Of a stretch of 64,000 nucleotides of DNA, positions 24,778-34,690 are shown piece by piece. Positions within the stretch are counted from its first letter, which is position 1. The number at the start of each line of letters is the position of its first letter. The position numbers and the translations under genes are program-made. The notes beneath the pieces were generated by a model that searched no databases, was not told the origin of the DNA, and saw nothing but the letters and a program-made list of their open reading frames with translations. The DNA is taken from assembly GCA_948471525.1 (NCBI GenBank), contig CAOKSY010000003.1, positions 15,265 through 79,264 of the forward strand, read 5' to 3'. Source of the stretch: an uncultured Clostridia bacterium. Lineage in GTDB: Bacteria; Bacillota; Clostridia; Christensenellales; UBA3700.

Positions 24778-24857
24778 AAATACCACCTGATTTTATACTT
24801 TAAGCGACTGTGTCATATTCCGCCGCAACGAATGCGCGCCGATAACTTGAGCCGCCT

Positions 24858-25337
24858 TTATATCACCGCTTTGGAGATAAATTCTTCCATAAGCGATTTA
24901 AACTTCCTGCCGTCGCTCGTCTTGACGTAAAGATAATAATAAATCCCTCGCCTCTCGAACCAAACGTTGTAATGATGCCTCGAGAACATCCCTTTTTTGT
25001 GGGAATACTCTATCGTCACGTCTTCGACCTTTGCTCTGGTAAAGGTCTGACCGTGCGCGGCAGCCGCGCTTTCGCTTCTGTACGATTCGAATATATCCCT
25101 ATGGTCATTGTCGAGCAATACGTATTCTTCAATATCTTCGTTGCCCCACATACAGACAAGTTTTTCTCTGATATATACTGTCACTCCGTCCTTTTCTCCT
25201 TTGGCGCACTCAAACGAAGTCAAGTTGGGCGGATCGAAGAGAATATACTCGCTCGAGAATTCGGCGTTATGCCGCGATATGGAAGTATACTTACACTCGC
25301 GTATGCTTTTGGGTTTGGAGAAAAGTTTATTTGCCAT
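24858..25337 (-). CDS. hypothetical protein
   Basis: 159-aa ORF whose start overlaps the glnS stop by 11 nt. No recognisable motif. Codon usage resembles that of its neighbours. Confidence 0.5.
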   Translation of the reverse strand: MANKLFSKPKSIRECKYTSISRHNAEFSSEYILFDPPNLTSFECAKGEKDGVTVYIREKLVCMWGNEDIEEYVLLDNDHRDIFESYRSESAAAAHGQTFTRAKVEDVTIEYSHKKGMFSRHHYNVWFERRGIYYYLYVKTSDGRKFKSLMEEFISKAVI

Positions 25338-26961
25338 AACTGTCTTTGAGACCCGTTATCAAATTAAACTCGTATTTGCCGTCCTTGCCGTAGTCTTTTA
25401 CTGCGCTGTAATATCCCATTCTCATAAACTGGAATCTATCGTACGGTTTAACTGACTTGAGGAAGCTCTCACCCTTGGCATCGGGATAGACTATATGGCT
25501 CTCGGGAGTGAGACGGTCGTTGAAATCCCCGTCGCCGTCAAGCAGCAGATAGTCGAATTCGTGAAGTACAAGATCTATGCAATCTTTTGCGTTGACCCAC
25601 TGTATGACTCCCTTTACTTTGATCCCTGCGTTTGCTCCGCCGCTTATGGAATCCGGAATATAGTTGCAGATCACGCCTACGACCTTTCCGTCCGCGTCGA
25701 CTTCGTGCGAGACGTATTCGAGAATATAACTTCCCTTGAGTCTCACTTTGCCTCCGGGCACAAGCCTCTTATACTTGGGCGGCGGCTCGACCGCAAAGTC
25801 ATCCCTGTCAATATACAGATCCTTGCTGAAAGTAACCTTGTGCGTCGACTTTACTTCCGCATTGGGATTGTTTTCTATATCGTATACTTCATCCTCGACG
25901 GCATTTGCGATCGTAAGTCTGATAGGATCTTTTACGACCATCATACGGTCTGCGTTGAGATTGAGATTGTCTCTGACGAAATGCTCGAGCATCGACACGT
26001 CCACTTCGCTCTGGCTCTTGGATACTCCTATCTCCTGACAGAATCTCCTTATAGCCTCGGGCGGATAACCTCTCTCTCTCATACCCGACAGCGTAGGCAT
26101 TCTGGGATCGGACCAACCGCTCACCTTGCCTTCGTCGACGAGTTTTTTGAGATATCTCTTGGACATTATCGTCCTCGTCATGCCAAGTCTTGCAAACTCT
26201 ATCTGTCTGGGTAAATCCGCAAATCCGCAGTTGACCTTTATCCAGTCGTAAAGAGGTCTGTGATCCTCAAACTCAAGAGTGCAGATACTGTGCGTCACAC
26301 CCTCGAAAGCGTCTTCAAGCGGATGGGCGAAATCGTACATGGGATATATGCACCACTTGTCGCCCGTACGGTGATGAGTGGCTCTGAGCACTCTGTAGAT
26401 AACGGGATCGCGCATATTGATATTGGGACTTGCCATATCTATCTTAGCGCGCAACACCTTTTCGCCGTCGGCGTATTTGCCATCCCTCATCTCTTCAAAA
26501 AGACGCAGGTTTTCATCTATGCTTCTATTTCTCCACGGACTTTCTTCTCCCGGTTGGGTAAGCGTGCCTCGCGTAGCCTTGATCTGTTCCGCAGAATAAT
26601 CGCATACGTACGCCAAGCCCTTTTTTATCAGCATTACCGCGCAGTCGTACATTCTGTCAAAATAGTCTGACGCATATAGTTCCGCATCCCATTTGAAGCC
26701 CAGCCACGCGATGTCCTCTTTGATAGAGTTGACGTATTCTATGTCTTCCTTGCTGGGATTGGTGTCGTCGTAGCGAAGATTGCATTTTCCGTTGTATTTC
26801 TCTTTCATACCGAAATTTATGCACAGAGACTTCGCGTGTCCTATATGCAGATAGCCGTTTGGCTCGGGCGGAAAACGCGTGACGATCTCTTCGACCTTGC
26901 CGGATGCAAGATCCTCGTTGATAAATTCTTCGATAAAATTAGTTGATTTGATCTCTTCCAT
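25327..26961 (-). CDS. glnS: glutamine--tRNA ligase
   Basis: 544 aa with the class I signatures HIGH (PNGYLHIGHAKS) and MSK (IMSKRYL). Overall layout matches GlnRS. Confidence 0.9.
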   Translation of the reverse strand: MEEIKSTNFIEEFINEDLASGKVEEIVTRFPPEPNGYLHIGHAKSLCINFGMKEKYNGKCNLRYDDTNPSKEDIEYVNSIKEDIAWLGFKWDAELYASDYFDRMYDCAVMLIKKGLAYVCDYSAEQIKATRGTLTQPGEESPWRNRSIDENLRLFEEMRDGKYADGEKVLRAKIDMASPNINMRDPVIYRVLRATHHRTGDKWCIYPMYDFAHPLEDAFEGVTHSICTLEFEDHRPLYDWIKVNCGFADLPRQIEFARLGMTRTIMSKRYLKKLVDEGKVSGWSDPRMPTLSGMRERGYPPEAIRRFCQEIGVSKSQSEVDVSMLEHFVRDNLNLNADRMMVVKDPIRLTIANAVEDEVYDIENNPNAEVKSTHKVTFSKDLYIDRDDFAVEPPPKYKRLVPGGKVRLKGSYILEYVSHEVDADGKVVGVICNYIPDSISGGANAGIKVKGVIQWVNAKDCIDLVLHEFDYLLLDGDGDFNDRLTPESHIVYPDAKGESFLKSVKPYDRFQFMRMGYYSAVKDYGKDGKYEFNLITGLKDSYGK

Positions 26962-26995
26962 ATATATTCCTTAGATTGAGTTTATATTATCTCGA

Positions 26996-28654
26996 TCAGA
27001 AAAGTCCTCTGATCTCCTGCGTATCGTCGTCTATCGTCATACCGAGCGCGCTAGGGCGCTTGCTCAGTCCCGGCATAAGCATTATATTGCCGCAGATTAC
27101 GACCAAAAATCCCGCGCCGCCTCTTATCTCGATATCTCTTACTGTCATTTCAAAATCCGTCGGTCTTCCCAATTTCGTAGCGTCGTCGGAGAAAGAGTAT
27201 TGCGTCTTTGCGATACAGATCGGCAGTCCGCCCTTTCCGAGCGCGTATATCTTCTTGAGACTGTCCTGCGCCTTGTCGGTATACGTTACGCTCTTGGCTC
27301 CGTATACTTTTTTTGCGACCGCTTCAATCTTTTCTTGGACGCTCATATCCAACGAGTATGCAAATTTCAAATTCGCAGGTTTTTCCAACTGTGCAAGCAC
27401 GGCTTTAGCAAGTTCTACGGAACCGTCTCCGCCCTTTGCCCAACATTCGCACAAAGCGCAGACTGCGCCTTCCGTTTCGCAGGCTTGCCTGATCTTTTCT
27501 ATCTCCGCGTCAGTATCGGTAGCAAACTTATTTACCGCAACGACGGTGTTTACTCCGAAAACGTCTCTGAGATTGCGTATATGTCCTATAAGATTGGGCA
27601 TACCCTTTTCCAATGCGGCCAAGTTTTCCTCATTGCCCTCCGATTTGGCAATACCGCCGTTGTATTTGAGCGCTCTTACGGTTGCCACCAAAACGACCGC
27701 TTTGGGACGTATTCCCGCCGCTCTGCATTTGATATCCAAAAATTTCTCTGCTCCGAGATCCGCGCCGAAACCCGCCTCGGTGACAACGTAATCGGCAAGC
27801 CCCATTGCAAGTCTTGTAGCGATCACCGAATTGCAACCGTGCGCTATATTTGCAAAAGGTCCTCCGTGAACTATCGCCGGAGTGCCCTCGAGCGTCTGCA
27901 CGAGATTTGGCTTGAGCGCGTCTTTCAAAGTGATAGCCACCGCATCTACACATCCGAGGTCTGCGCAAGTGACAGCCTTTCCCGATCTATCGTAAGCGAC
28001 GATAATCTCGCCTATCCTTTTCTTGAGATCCTTAAGATCGCTCGCAAGACAAAGGATCGCCATTATTTCCGAAGCCGCCGTGATATTAAATCCGTCGTCT
28101 CTGGGCACGCCGTTCTTTTCTCCGCCGAGTCCGACCTTGATGCATCTGAGCACGCGGTCGTTCATATCCATACAGCGTTTCCATACCACGCTGTCGCCGT
28201 CTATATCGAGTTCGTTGCCCTGAATTATGTGATTGTCCAAAATCGCGGAAATGAGATTGTTGGCGGTAGTGATAGCGTGCAGATCTCCGGTAAAGTGAAG
28301 ATTGATATCTTCCATCGGAGCGATCTGCGCCATTCCGCCGCCCGTCGCCCCGCCTTTTATTCCGAACACCGGTCCCAAAGAAGGCTCTCTCAGAGCGAGG
28401 CAAACTTTCTTGCCGAGTTTGCTCATTCCGTCGGCAAGACCTATCGACGTAGTCGTCTTGCCTTCGCCGAACGCCGTGGGATTGATCGCGGTGACCAACA
28501 CCAGATTGTCTGTAAACGAATCAGGCTTTTTCACTATCTTTGCCTTATAATTGCCGTACAGTTCGAGTTCGTCTTCACGTAAGTTGAGTTTTTCCGCAAT
28601 GTTGCGTATAGGCGACAGCTTTACGCTGTTTGCAATCTCGATATCGCTCTTCAT
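26996..28654 (-). CDS. fhs: formate--tetrahydrofolate ligase
   Basis: 552 aa. ...[15 protein letters not shown]...[17 protein letters not shown]... is the canonical FTHFS pattern. Confidence 0.95.
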   Translation of the reverse strand: MKSDIEIANSVKLSPIRNIAEKLNLREDELELYGNYKAKIVKKPDSFTDNLVLVTAINPTAFGEGKTTTSIGLADGMSKLGKKVCLALREPSLGPVFGIKGGATGGGMAQIAPMEDINLHFTGDLHAITTANNLISAILDNHIIQGNELDIDGDSVVWKRCMDMNDRVLRCIKVGLGGEKNGVPRDDGFNITAASEIMAILCLASDLKDLKKRIGEIIVAYDRSGKAVTCADLGCVDAVAITLKDALKPNLVQTLEGTPAIVHGGPFANIAHGCNSVIATRLAMGLADYVVTEAGFGADLGAEKFLDIKCRAAGIRPKAVVLVATVRALKYNGGIAKSEGNEENLAALEKGMPNLIGHIRNLRDVFGVNTVVAVNKFATDTDAEIEKIRQACETEGAVCALCECWAKGGDGSVELAKAVLAQLEKPANLKFAYSLDMSVQEKIEAVAKKVYGAKSVTYTDKAQDSLKKIYALGKGGLPICIAKTQYSFSDDATKLGRPTDFEMTVRDIEIRGGAGFLVVICGNIMLMPGLSKRPSALGMTIDDDTQEIRGLF

Positions 28655-28683
28655 AAAACCTCACGAAAATTTGTATATATTTT

Positions 28684-28712
28684 ATTTTATATTTTATACG
28701 CTATAAAGTCAA
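28684..28712 (-). promoter_or_regulatory. sigma-A-type promoter candidate for fhs
   Basis: Minus strand: TTGACT (28712-28707), 17 nt, then TAAAAT (28689-28684). Only about 30 nt lie between it and the ATG (RBS GAGG), which leaves no room for a riboswitch. Confidence 0.5.
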
Positions 28713-28940
28713 GCCCTTTTAAATATAAGAGTAACGCTAAGAAACATTTCCCGATATGATTTCTGCGTTTGTTCCGCATAACTCAGACGTCGTTATCTGC
28801 CGATAAATCTCAATTTATACGGTTTTCTGCTTTGAGACCTGCTCGTTTTTGCCCGACGAATATTTGGACGACGTCCTTCAAATTTAAATCAAAAGAGAGA
28901 CAAATATTTACACGAAAAAAATAATCTAATAGCGCAAATA

Positions 28941-28972
28941 CAGAAAAATACGGATAGACTTTTATCTATCCG
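28941..28972 (-). terminator. rho-independent terminator downstream of mnmA
   Basis: Minus strand: CGGATAGA-TAAAAG-TCTATCCG, followed by TATTTTTCTG. Confidence 0.7.
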
Positions 28973-28987
28973 CATTTTCTCGCGACA

Positions 28988-30064
28988 TCAATTAAATTTG
29001 CTGTCGATGACTCCGCCGCCCAGGCATACGTTGCCCGAATAAATCACAGCGTACTGTCCTTCCGCTATTGCGCGTTGCGGTCTGTCAAATCGAAGTTCCA
29101 AACCTCCGTCTCGCAAAATCGCGGTAGCTTCTTGCTCGGGCTGACGGTGACGTATACGCGCCGTACACCTGAACTCAACCGTCTCTGGACGCTTGGTGAT
29201 GAAATTGAATTCGCCGCAGAACAGCCCCTTATGATAGATCATTGACTGATCTCCCTGAGATACGTAGAGTACGTTGCGCCCCACGTCCTTAGAGACCACA
29301 AACCAAGGCTCTCCGCTGCCGCCTCCGCCTATACCAAGTCCCTTTCTCTGTCCCACGGTATAGTAGAAAACTCCGTCGTGCCGTCCTACCGTTTTGCCGT
29401 CAAGCGTCTTTATATCTCCCTCTTGCATAGGAATGTATTCGCTCAGAAATTTTCTGAAATTACGCTCGCCTATAAAACATATTCCCGTAGAATCCTTTTT
29501 CTCTGCGGTGGACAAACCGTACTTTGCGGCGAGATCTCGCACTTCGCTTTTATCAAGTTTTCCGACGGGGAAAAGTACTTTATCCAGCTGAGGGGAAGAT
29601 AACTGATTGAGAAAGTAAGTCTGATCCTTATTACTGTCCTTTGCCTTGAGAAGATAATTCAAACCGTCGTCGTCATGCAATATATCGCAATAGTGACCCG
29701 TGGCGATATAGTCCGCGCCCATAGACAGAGCGTGTTTGACAAACGGCGCAAATTTGATCTCCTTGTTGCAAAGCACGTCGGGATTGGGCGTCCTGCCTTT
29801 CTTGTACTCTTGCAAAAAATGCTTGAATACTCTGTCATAATATTGATCGGCGAAATCCACGCTGTAGTACGGTATGCCGATATCGTTGCAGACTGCGCGC
29901 ACGTCGTAAAAGTCCTCGTCGGCGGTACAGCATCCGCCCTCGTCCTTTTCATGCCAATTACGCATAAAAAGACCGACGACTTCATAGCCTTGCTCCTTTA
30001 AAAGCAACGCCGACAATGACGAATCCACGCCTCCGCTCATACCCACTACGACTCTCTTCTTCAT
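28988..30064 (-). CDS. mnmA: tRNA 2-thiouridine(34) synthase
   Basis: 358 aa with the PP-loop VVGMSGGVDSS and ...CTADEDFYD...RTPNPDVLCN.... Confidence 0.93.
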   Translation of the reverse strand: MKKRVVVGMSGGVDSSLSALLLKEQGYEVVGLFMRNWHEKDEGGCCTADEDFYDVRAVCNDIGIPYYSVDFADQYYDRVFKHFLQEYKKGRTPNPDVLCNKEIKFAPFVKHALSMGADYIATGHYCDILHDDDGLNYLLKAKDSNKDQTYFLNQLSSPQLDKVLFPVGKLDKSEVRDLAAKYGLSTAEKKDSTGICFIGERNFRKFLSEYIPMQEGDIKTLDGKTVGRHDGVFYYTVGQRKGLGIGGGGSGEPWFVVSKDVGRNVLYVSQGDQSMIYHKGLFCGEFNFITKRPETVEFRCTARIRHRQPEQEATAILRDGGLELRFDRPQRAIAEGQYAVIYSGNVCLGGGVIDSKFN

Positions 30065-30132
30065 AATTTCAGTTTAGCACAATACGCTCTGCCTTGCAAG
30101 CGGTTCGGACTATCTCGAAGGACGTCGCAAAC

Positions 30133-30166
30133 AAAAAACGCAGGCGTTAGAAATCCGTGCGTTTTT
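30133..30166 (-). terminator. bidirectional-looking terminator hairpin downstream of the DUF975 gene
   Basis: Stem ACGCA.../...TGCGT, flanked by an A-run on one side and a T-run on the other (aaaaaacgcaggcgttagaaatccgtgcgttttta). Confidence 0.5.
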
Positions 30167-30212
30167 ATAAACTAACTTTTAGCGAATATAAATTTAGATC
30201 ATACGTTCGTCG

Positions 30213-30809
30213 TCAATTGATCTCGACGTCAGCAAATTCCATGTCTGCGTTTTGGTTATTCTGTTCGGGCGCAATGCTTCTATAATACAGCGCCAACGTC
30301 GCGCGAATATACGGCTTAACAAACAACATCACTATCCCGAACGTAAATATCGAGAGAATATACCAACCTATAAAACTCATATATATCCTGAATATCTTAC
30401 CCTTGTATCCTCGCGTCAATTCAACGGACTGTTCTCTCACTTTATTGTAATCAAGCGTAGGATTGTCTATCATAATAAAATAAGACATGGAAAAAGACAG
30501 CGCTTTGATTATGCCCGGGATAATGAACAGCAATCCCCAAAGCACGGTAATGAGAAGATTTACGACATACACCATGACTACGTCGATAAAATTCTTAAAT
30601 CCGTCCAAAATTATAAGCAAACTGACATCTTCTCTGTCGATCGCCTTGTTCGCCGCCAAAAATCTTGCCTTATTCAAAGGTCCTGTCAGCAACAGCCATA
30701 CAAACCCGACGCAAAGACTCGACAAAAATTCTATCAAAGCCAACGTAGTCCATTTGCCCCTCAAAGCCTCTTTTGCTTGAGATTTAAGAGATTTGATGCT
30801 CTCTTCCAT
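30213..30809 (-). CDS. DUF975-family integral membrane protein
   Basis: 198 aa. ...EALRGKWTTLALIEF... plus the multi-TM layout are typical of DUF975. It is a paralog of the next gene. Confidence 0.65.
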   Translation of the reverse strand: MEESIKSLKSQAKEALRGKWTTLALIEFLSSLCVGFVWLLLTGPLNKARFLAANKAIDREDVSLLIILDGFKNFIDVVMVYVVNLLITVLWGLLFIIPGIIKALSFSMSYFIMIDNPTLDYNKVREQSVELTRGYKGKIFRIYMSFIGWYILSIFTFGIVMLFVKPYIRATLALYYRSIAPEQNNQNADMEFADVEIN

Positions 30810-30879
30810 AAAATGCTTCTCCCGATTATCGTAACAAGCCGCCCGATATAGGCGGCTTGCTGATGTTTAAATACAAATG

Positions 30880-31599
30880 TTAGAATACGATATCGTTCTT
30901 ATCGTTATCGTCGACACCGTCGATCACGTCTTCTATAGCGATCGGACTGTCGTTTGTTTCGTTTACGTCATTGTCGAAAACGTCGCCTTCTGCGCTGAGG
31001 TCATCCGTATTAACTTCGACCGGCGGCAACAAACTCTGATAGAAGAACGCATGCGCCGTACGGTTTGAAGGCGCTACCCACAAAGAAAGGATACCGAACG
31101 TCAATGCCGAAAGGAACATCCAGCCGATATAGCTGAAGTCAAGACAGAAAAGTCTCCACTTGTTGCCTTTCATCATCTCCATAGACTTCTTTCTTGCGTC
31201 GTTTGCACTCATATCGGGATTGTCAAGCAAGATAAAACAGCTCATGCTGTAAGAATACATCTTGATTATACCCGGTACTATAAACAATAATGTCCAAAGG
31301 AAAATAAAAATCTGATTTGTCAGCCACAGTATAAACGCTCTAACGAAATCTTTAAAGCCGTCAAACAAAGTAACTATTTCTACAGTCTCTCCTCTGACAA
31401 CGTTTAACGAAATTTTGTTGATACCGATTTCCATCGGTCCGCCAACCAAAAGTAAAGCTATCGCTCCGATAACGATAGTGGCAAGTCCGTCGCAAGCCGC
31501 AATAATCGCAAGATAGATCAACTGCGTGATGACAATGACGCCCCACTTATCTTTGAGCGAGCCCCATGCCTTTAGTCTATAGTCTTTTGCACGATACAT
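30880..31599 (-). CDS. DUF975-family integral membrane protein (paralog) with acidic C-terminal tail
   Basis: 239 aa. MYRAKDYRLKAWGSLKDKWGVIVITQLIY... has the same architecture as 30213-30809. The tail is acidic (DVFDNDVNETNDSPIAIEDVIDGVDDNDKNDIVF). Confidence 0.65.
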   Translation of the reverse strand: MYRAKDYRLKAWGSLKDKWGVIVITQLIYLAIIAACDGLATIVIGAIALLLVGGPMEIGINKISLNVVRGETVEIVTLFDGFKDFVRAFILWLTNQIFIFLWTLLFIVPGIIKMYSYSMSCFILLDNPDMSANDARKKSMEMMKGNKWRLFCLDFSYIGWMFLSALTFGILSLWVAPSNRTAHAFFYQSLLPPVEVNTDDLSAEGDVFDNDVNETNDSPIAIEDVIDGVDDNDKNDIVF

Positions 31600-31810
31600 A
31601 TCAAAACCCCTCCTTTGATAATGTAAAATTTATTTAATTTTTTTCATTATATCACTCGATAATTATGTTGTCAATATTTATAATGAATAATTATTCTTAA
31701 ATAATAATATTTCTATATATTCATATGTATATTTCAAGAAAATATGCGCAAATATTTCAATCGATATTTTTGGATAATGCCGAACGTATGAATCCAGATT
31801 AATTATACGA

Positions 31811-31852
31811 TAAAATTAAAAAATATTCCGACCTTTTTTATGGCCGGAATAT
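31811..31852 (-). terminator. rho-independent terminator downstream of tRNA-Arg
   Basis: Minus strand: ATATTCCGGCC-ATAAAAAA-GGTCGGAATAT (11 bp, one mismatch), followed by TTTTTAATTTTA. Confidence 0.65.
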
Positions 31853-31927
31853 TGGCGCGCCCTACGCGACTCGAACGCATAACTACACCGTCGGAGGGTG
31901 TTGTTTTATCCATTAGACTAAGAGCGC
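31853..31927 (-). tRNA. tRNA-Arg (anticodon CCG)
   Basis: Hand-folded 75-nt cloverleaf: acceptor GCGCTCT/AGGGCGC, anticodon stem ACACC/GGTGT, loop CTCCGAC, T-arm ATGCG-TTCGAGT-CGCGT, encoded CCA. There is one C.A mismatch in the D-stem. Confidence 0.85.
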
Positions 31928-32137
31928 AAACATAAAGAAACTGCCGTCTCAACTATATTTATAGATTGATTATCCTATATTATTCTTATAAATGTCAAGA
32001 AATAAGCGTAATTATAGGAGCTTTTTTACTATAATGGCTTAAAAACTTAACATATTAATAAAAAAATTATAAAAATTTGCGTAATTTGCGAAGATAGTGC
32101 TATAATTAATTATATAAAGTTTCTCTTGGAGGATACA

Positions 32138-32785
32138 ATGATAAAAATAACCGATATACATGCAGATTTTCCCGGCACGAAAATAGCGTGTGTAGGCGAC
32201 AGTCTCACATACGGCACAACGCTGTTTAACAGAAGAAAAGATTGCTACCCCGCAAGACTTAATAAACTATTGGGCGACAACTTCGACACACTCAATCTGG
32301 GTATGGTCGGACATACGGTGAGTTCCTTCACGTCAAAATACTGGGGACAGAAATACGCGTTCAAATTTCTGGAAGCGTATTTGCCCGACTATATTTTGTT
32401 GATGCTCGGCACAAACGACGCGCGTACAAGAAATTGGTCTGACGAGACCATATTCAGACAGGAATACGGAAAGCTGTTGGATATGCTTCAGGCATTGCCG
32501 AGTTCGCCGAAAATACTGGCGCTGACATCGCCGAGCGCATTTGAAGACACGCCGCTTCACGAAGAGGACTTCAGTCTGGAAGTACTTGATAAAATCGTAC
32601 GCATTCAGCGATCGGTGCTTATGGAGCGCGGAACAGATTATATCGATATACATGCGCTGACGAAAGATAAAGAGCATCTCTATGCGGCGGACAAACTGCA
32701 TTTCAATACCAAAGGCGCTAAGTTCGTGGCTTATGCTTCATATCTCAAATTAAAGGATATGCTTATAGCAGATTCCAAATTCTAA
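32138..32785 (+). CDS. SGNH/GDSL-family hydrolase (esterase)
   Basis: Block I IACVGDSLTYG, block III LGTNDA, block V DKLHFN. The start is placed at ATG 32138 (GGAGG 5 nt upstream) rather than the track's TTG at 32126. Confidence 0.75.
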   Translation: MIKITDIHADFPGTKIACVGDSLTYGTTLFNRRKDCYPARLNKLLGDNFDTLNLGMVGHTVSSFTSKYWGQKYAFKFLEAYLPDYILLMLGTNDARTRNWSDETIFRQEYGKLLDMLQALPSSPKILALTSPSAFEDTPLHEEDFSLEVLDKIVRIQRSVLMERGTDYIDIHALTKDKEHLYAADKLHFNTKGAKFVAYASYLKLKDMLIADSKF

Positions 32786-32834
32786 CCGCAGATATCCATT
32801 TGTCGAAAATATCGCAGAATTTCATCAAAATCTC

Positions 32835-32863
32835 TTGACTGCATATTTCGACAGTGGTAACAT
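32835..32863 (+). promoter_or_regulatory. sigma-A-type promoter (extended -10) for the riboswitch-controlled operon
   Basis: TTGACT (32835-32840), 17 nt, then TGgTAACAT (-10 at 32858-32863). The predicted TSS, about 32870, coincides with the 5' strand of riboswitch P1. Confidence 0.5.
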
Positions 32864-32870
32864 ATAATTA

Positions 32871-33081
32871 ATCTTTGGGCAAGCGAATACGCTGACCGGT
32901 GGTAATGTCGTCTTAGAACGAACAAGTCCAACAGCCCCAACAGCCGATACGGTGAGATTCCGTAACCGCCTGTAAAGTCAGACTGGGAAAGATGATCGAT
33001 TTACTATAGTTCCGTCTCGTTTTTTCGATGCGGTTTTTGCGTGATTTATCTTCTTCCCCATTTCGGCGGAAGAATTTTTTT
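32871..33081 (+). promoter_or_regulatory. FMN riboswitch (RFN element) with intrinsic-terminator expression platform
   Basis: Strings match the RFN consensus as I recall it (compare F. nucleatum / B. subtilis): AUCUUUGGGCA, GACCGGUGGUA, GGUGAGAUUCC, and AACCGCCUGUAAAGUCAGACUGGGAAAGAU. P1 is AUCUUU (32871-76) paired with AAAGAU (32988-93). The P6-like hairpin CUG-UAAAGU-CAG covaries with the CAG...CUG of known examples. The terminator is TTCTTCC (33051-57) / GGAAGAA (33068-74) followed by T7. GGGAAAGA downstream of the aptamer can pair with the terminator's 5' arm as an anti-terminator. The P2 loop (GCG-AAUA-CGC) deviates from consensus. Confidence 0.75.
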
Positions 33082-33103
33082 GTCCCGGGAATAGGAGGTT
33101 TAT

Positions 33104-33784
33104 ATGTCTGCAAAAACAAGAAAGATCGTTTTTACCGCGATTCTCGCGGCTTTGACTACTGTATTCACCCTCATCAGTTTTCCACTGGCGACCGGATATT
33201 ATAATTTCGGCGATATAGTCATCTTCATCGCCGCGATTCTGCTCGGACCTATGTGCGGCGCGTTGGTTGGCGGCATAGGCGGCGCGTTGGGAGATCTAGC
33301 ATTGAGTTACGTGCCTTATATGCCGTTTACTCTCGTCATAAAAGCTTTGGAAGGATTTATAGCAGGCGCACTGTTTAAAGCGGCTGAAAAAACCGTCGTA
33401 TCCAAAAAATTTAAGACCGTAACGGAAGCTATATTGGCGACTCTGATAAATATCTTTGCAGGTTGTGTGATGGCGCTCGGATATTTTCTTGCCGAAGGAC
33501 TTCTTCTCTCGGAAGGCAAGTGGTCGGGAGGTATAGTAAATCTGCCGTTCAATATTCTTCAAGGAGCGATTTCCGCCGTCGTCGCCGTCGTGATATTGTA
33601 TCCCTTTAAAATTAAAAAGCTGTTCGACAAACTCCAAAGCGCAAGGGCCGCCATTCCGCCTGCAGAAAAAAATCAAAGCGGCCATTTAAATACACAGTCT
33701 TCAAGCGATCATATTGACAATGATCGCGCCGATAGCGAAACGACCTGCGACGACAAATCCGAAAAAGGAGATGACAATGAATAA
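33104..33784 (+). CDS. ribU: ECF-transporter substrate-specific (S) component, probably riboflavin (RibU-like)
   Basis: 226 aa. MSAKTRKIVFTAILAALTTVFTLI... plus a layout of about 5-6 TM segments are typical of ECF S-components. The substrate is inferred only from the upstream FMN riboswitch. The Ser/Asp-rich C-terminal tail is unusual. Confidence 0.55.
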   Translation: MSAKTRKIVFTAILAALTTVFTLISFPLATGYYNFGDIVIFIAAILLGPMCGALVGGIGGALGDLALSYVPYMPFTLVIKALEGFIAGALFKAAEKTVVSKKFKTVTEAILATLINIFAGCVMALGYFLAEGLLLSEGKWSGGIVNLPFNILQGAISAVVAVVILYPFKIKKLFDKLQSARAAIPPAEKNQSGHLNTQSSSDHIDNDRADSETTCDDKSEKGDDNE

Positions 33785-34613
33785 AGATACCCGCGTGCTG
33801 ACAATACAGGATTTTTCGTCCGTGGGACAATGCTCTATCACCGCGGCGTTGCCTATAATCTCCGCGGCAGGCATAGAGACCGTCGCGTTGCCGACTGCCG
33901 TACTTTCGGCGCAGACAAGCAGTTTTGATAATTATACTTATATAGATCTTCAGAGCGGAATAATGCCCGCGGCGGATCATCTGCTATCCGTAGGAATGGA
34001 ATTCGATATCATTTATACAGGATATTTGGGGAAAAGCAATATCGTAAAGGACGTGGAAATAATATGCCGACGTTATCCCAATGCGTTCCTAGTGGTCGAT
34101 CCTGCAATGGCGGAACACGGAAAACTTTATGACGGAATAGGCGAAGAATACGTATCTGATATTACCCGTCTGTGTCAGAAAAGCAGCCTTGCTTTGCCCA
34201 ACGTAAGCGAAGCCTGTATGATTGCAGGAATAGAATATACAGAAATACAGACCGAAGACAGCTTAATACAAATTGCGGCTCGATTGAATGATATTGGTAT
34301 CAAAACTTTTGCGATAACAGGAATAAAAACCGCCGAAGGAATGAAAATGCTATACTCTCAGGATAGAAAGATCAAGACGATTGATATCGATGAAATCCAA
34401 GGACAGTTTTTCGGCAGCGGCGACGTATTTGCGTCAGCCGCAGTCGGCGCAATCGCCAACGGCTTAAACCTGGACGCCGCTCTGGAATTGGCGGCGGAGT
34501 TTACCCATAGATGCATTGAAATTACCGCTCGAGACAAAACGCATTTCTACGGGCTTAAATTCGAAAAAGCTATCCCCTATCTTATAGATAAATTGCAGCA
34601 ATACCAACGGTGA
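33777..34613 (+). CDS. pdxK: pyridoxal/pyridoxine/pyridoxamine kinase family protein (ribokinase superfamily)
   Basis: VLTIQDFSSVGQCSITAALPIISAAGIETVALPTAVLSAQT... is a PdxK/PdxY-type N-terminus, and GSGDVFASA is the C-terminal anion-hole motif. The start is placed at ATG 33777 (GGAG 6 nt upstream), overlapping the S-component stop by 8 nt. Confidence 0.65.
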   Translation: MNKDTRVLTIQDFSSVGQCSITAALPIISAAGIETVALPTAVLSAQTSSFDNYTYIDLQSGIMPAADHLLSVGMEFDIIYTGYLGKSNIVKDVEIICRRYPNAFLVVDPAMAEHGKLYDGIGEEYVSDITRLCQKSSLALPNVSEACMIAGIEYTEIQTEDSLIQIAARLNDIGIKTFAITGIKTAEGMKMLYSQDRKIKTIDIDEIQGQFFGSGDVFASAAVGAIANGLNLDAALELAAEFTHRCIEITARDKTHFYGLKFEKAIPYLIDKLQQYQR

Positions 34614-34690
34614 CGCTATGACTGATCGAGGGGCGGAGATTCGACTTTTTAAGTTTACAAATATATTCTACTGAGAGAAAATCCCGAATT

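Noticed and set aside
26976-28582. Plus-strand ORFs of 271 aa and 460 aa over fhs.
   Set aside because: Antisense shadows of formate-THF ligase, with nonsense-like composition.
28713-28940. A possible ZTP or THF riboswitch upstream of fhs, in the 333-bp gap between mnmA and fhs.
   Set aside because: The best promoter lies only about 30 nt from the fhs ATG. I could not find the ZTP (GGGUCGUGACUGGCG...CCGCCUGGGC) or THF core strings on either strand. The rest of the gap is explained by the mnmA terminator and AT-rich spacer.
32940-32995. Resemblance of GGUGAGAUUCC...CUGUAAAGUCAG...GGGAAAG to cobalamin-riboswitch core strings.
   Set aside because: The full leader fits the FMN (RFN) consensus much better: AUCUUUGGGCA, GACCGGUGGUA, P1 AUCUUU/AAAGAU, and the AACCG.C.GU.AAGUC tail. 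No B12-box was found.
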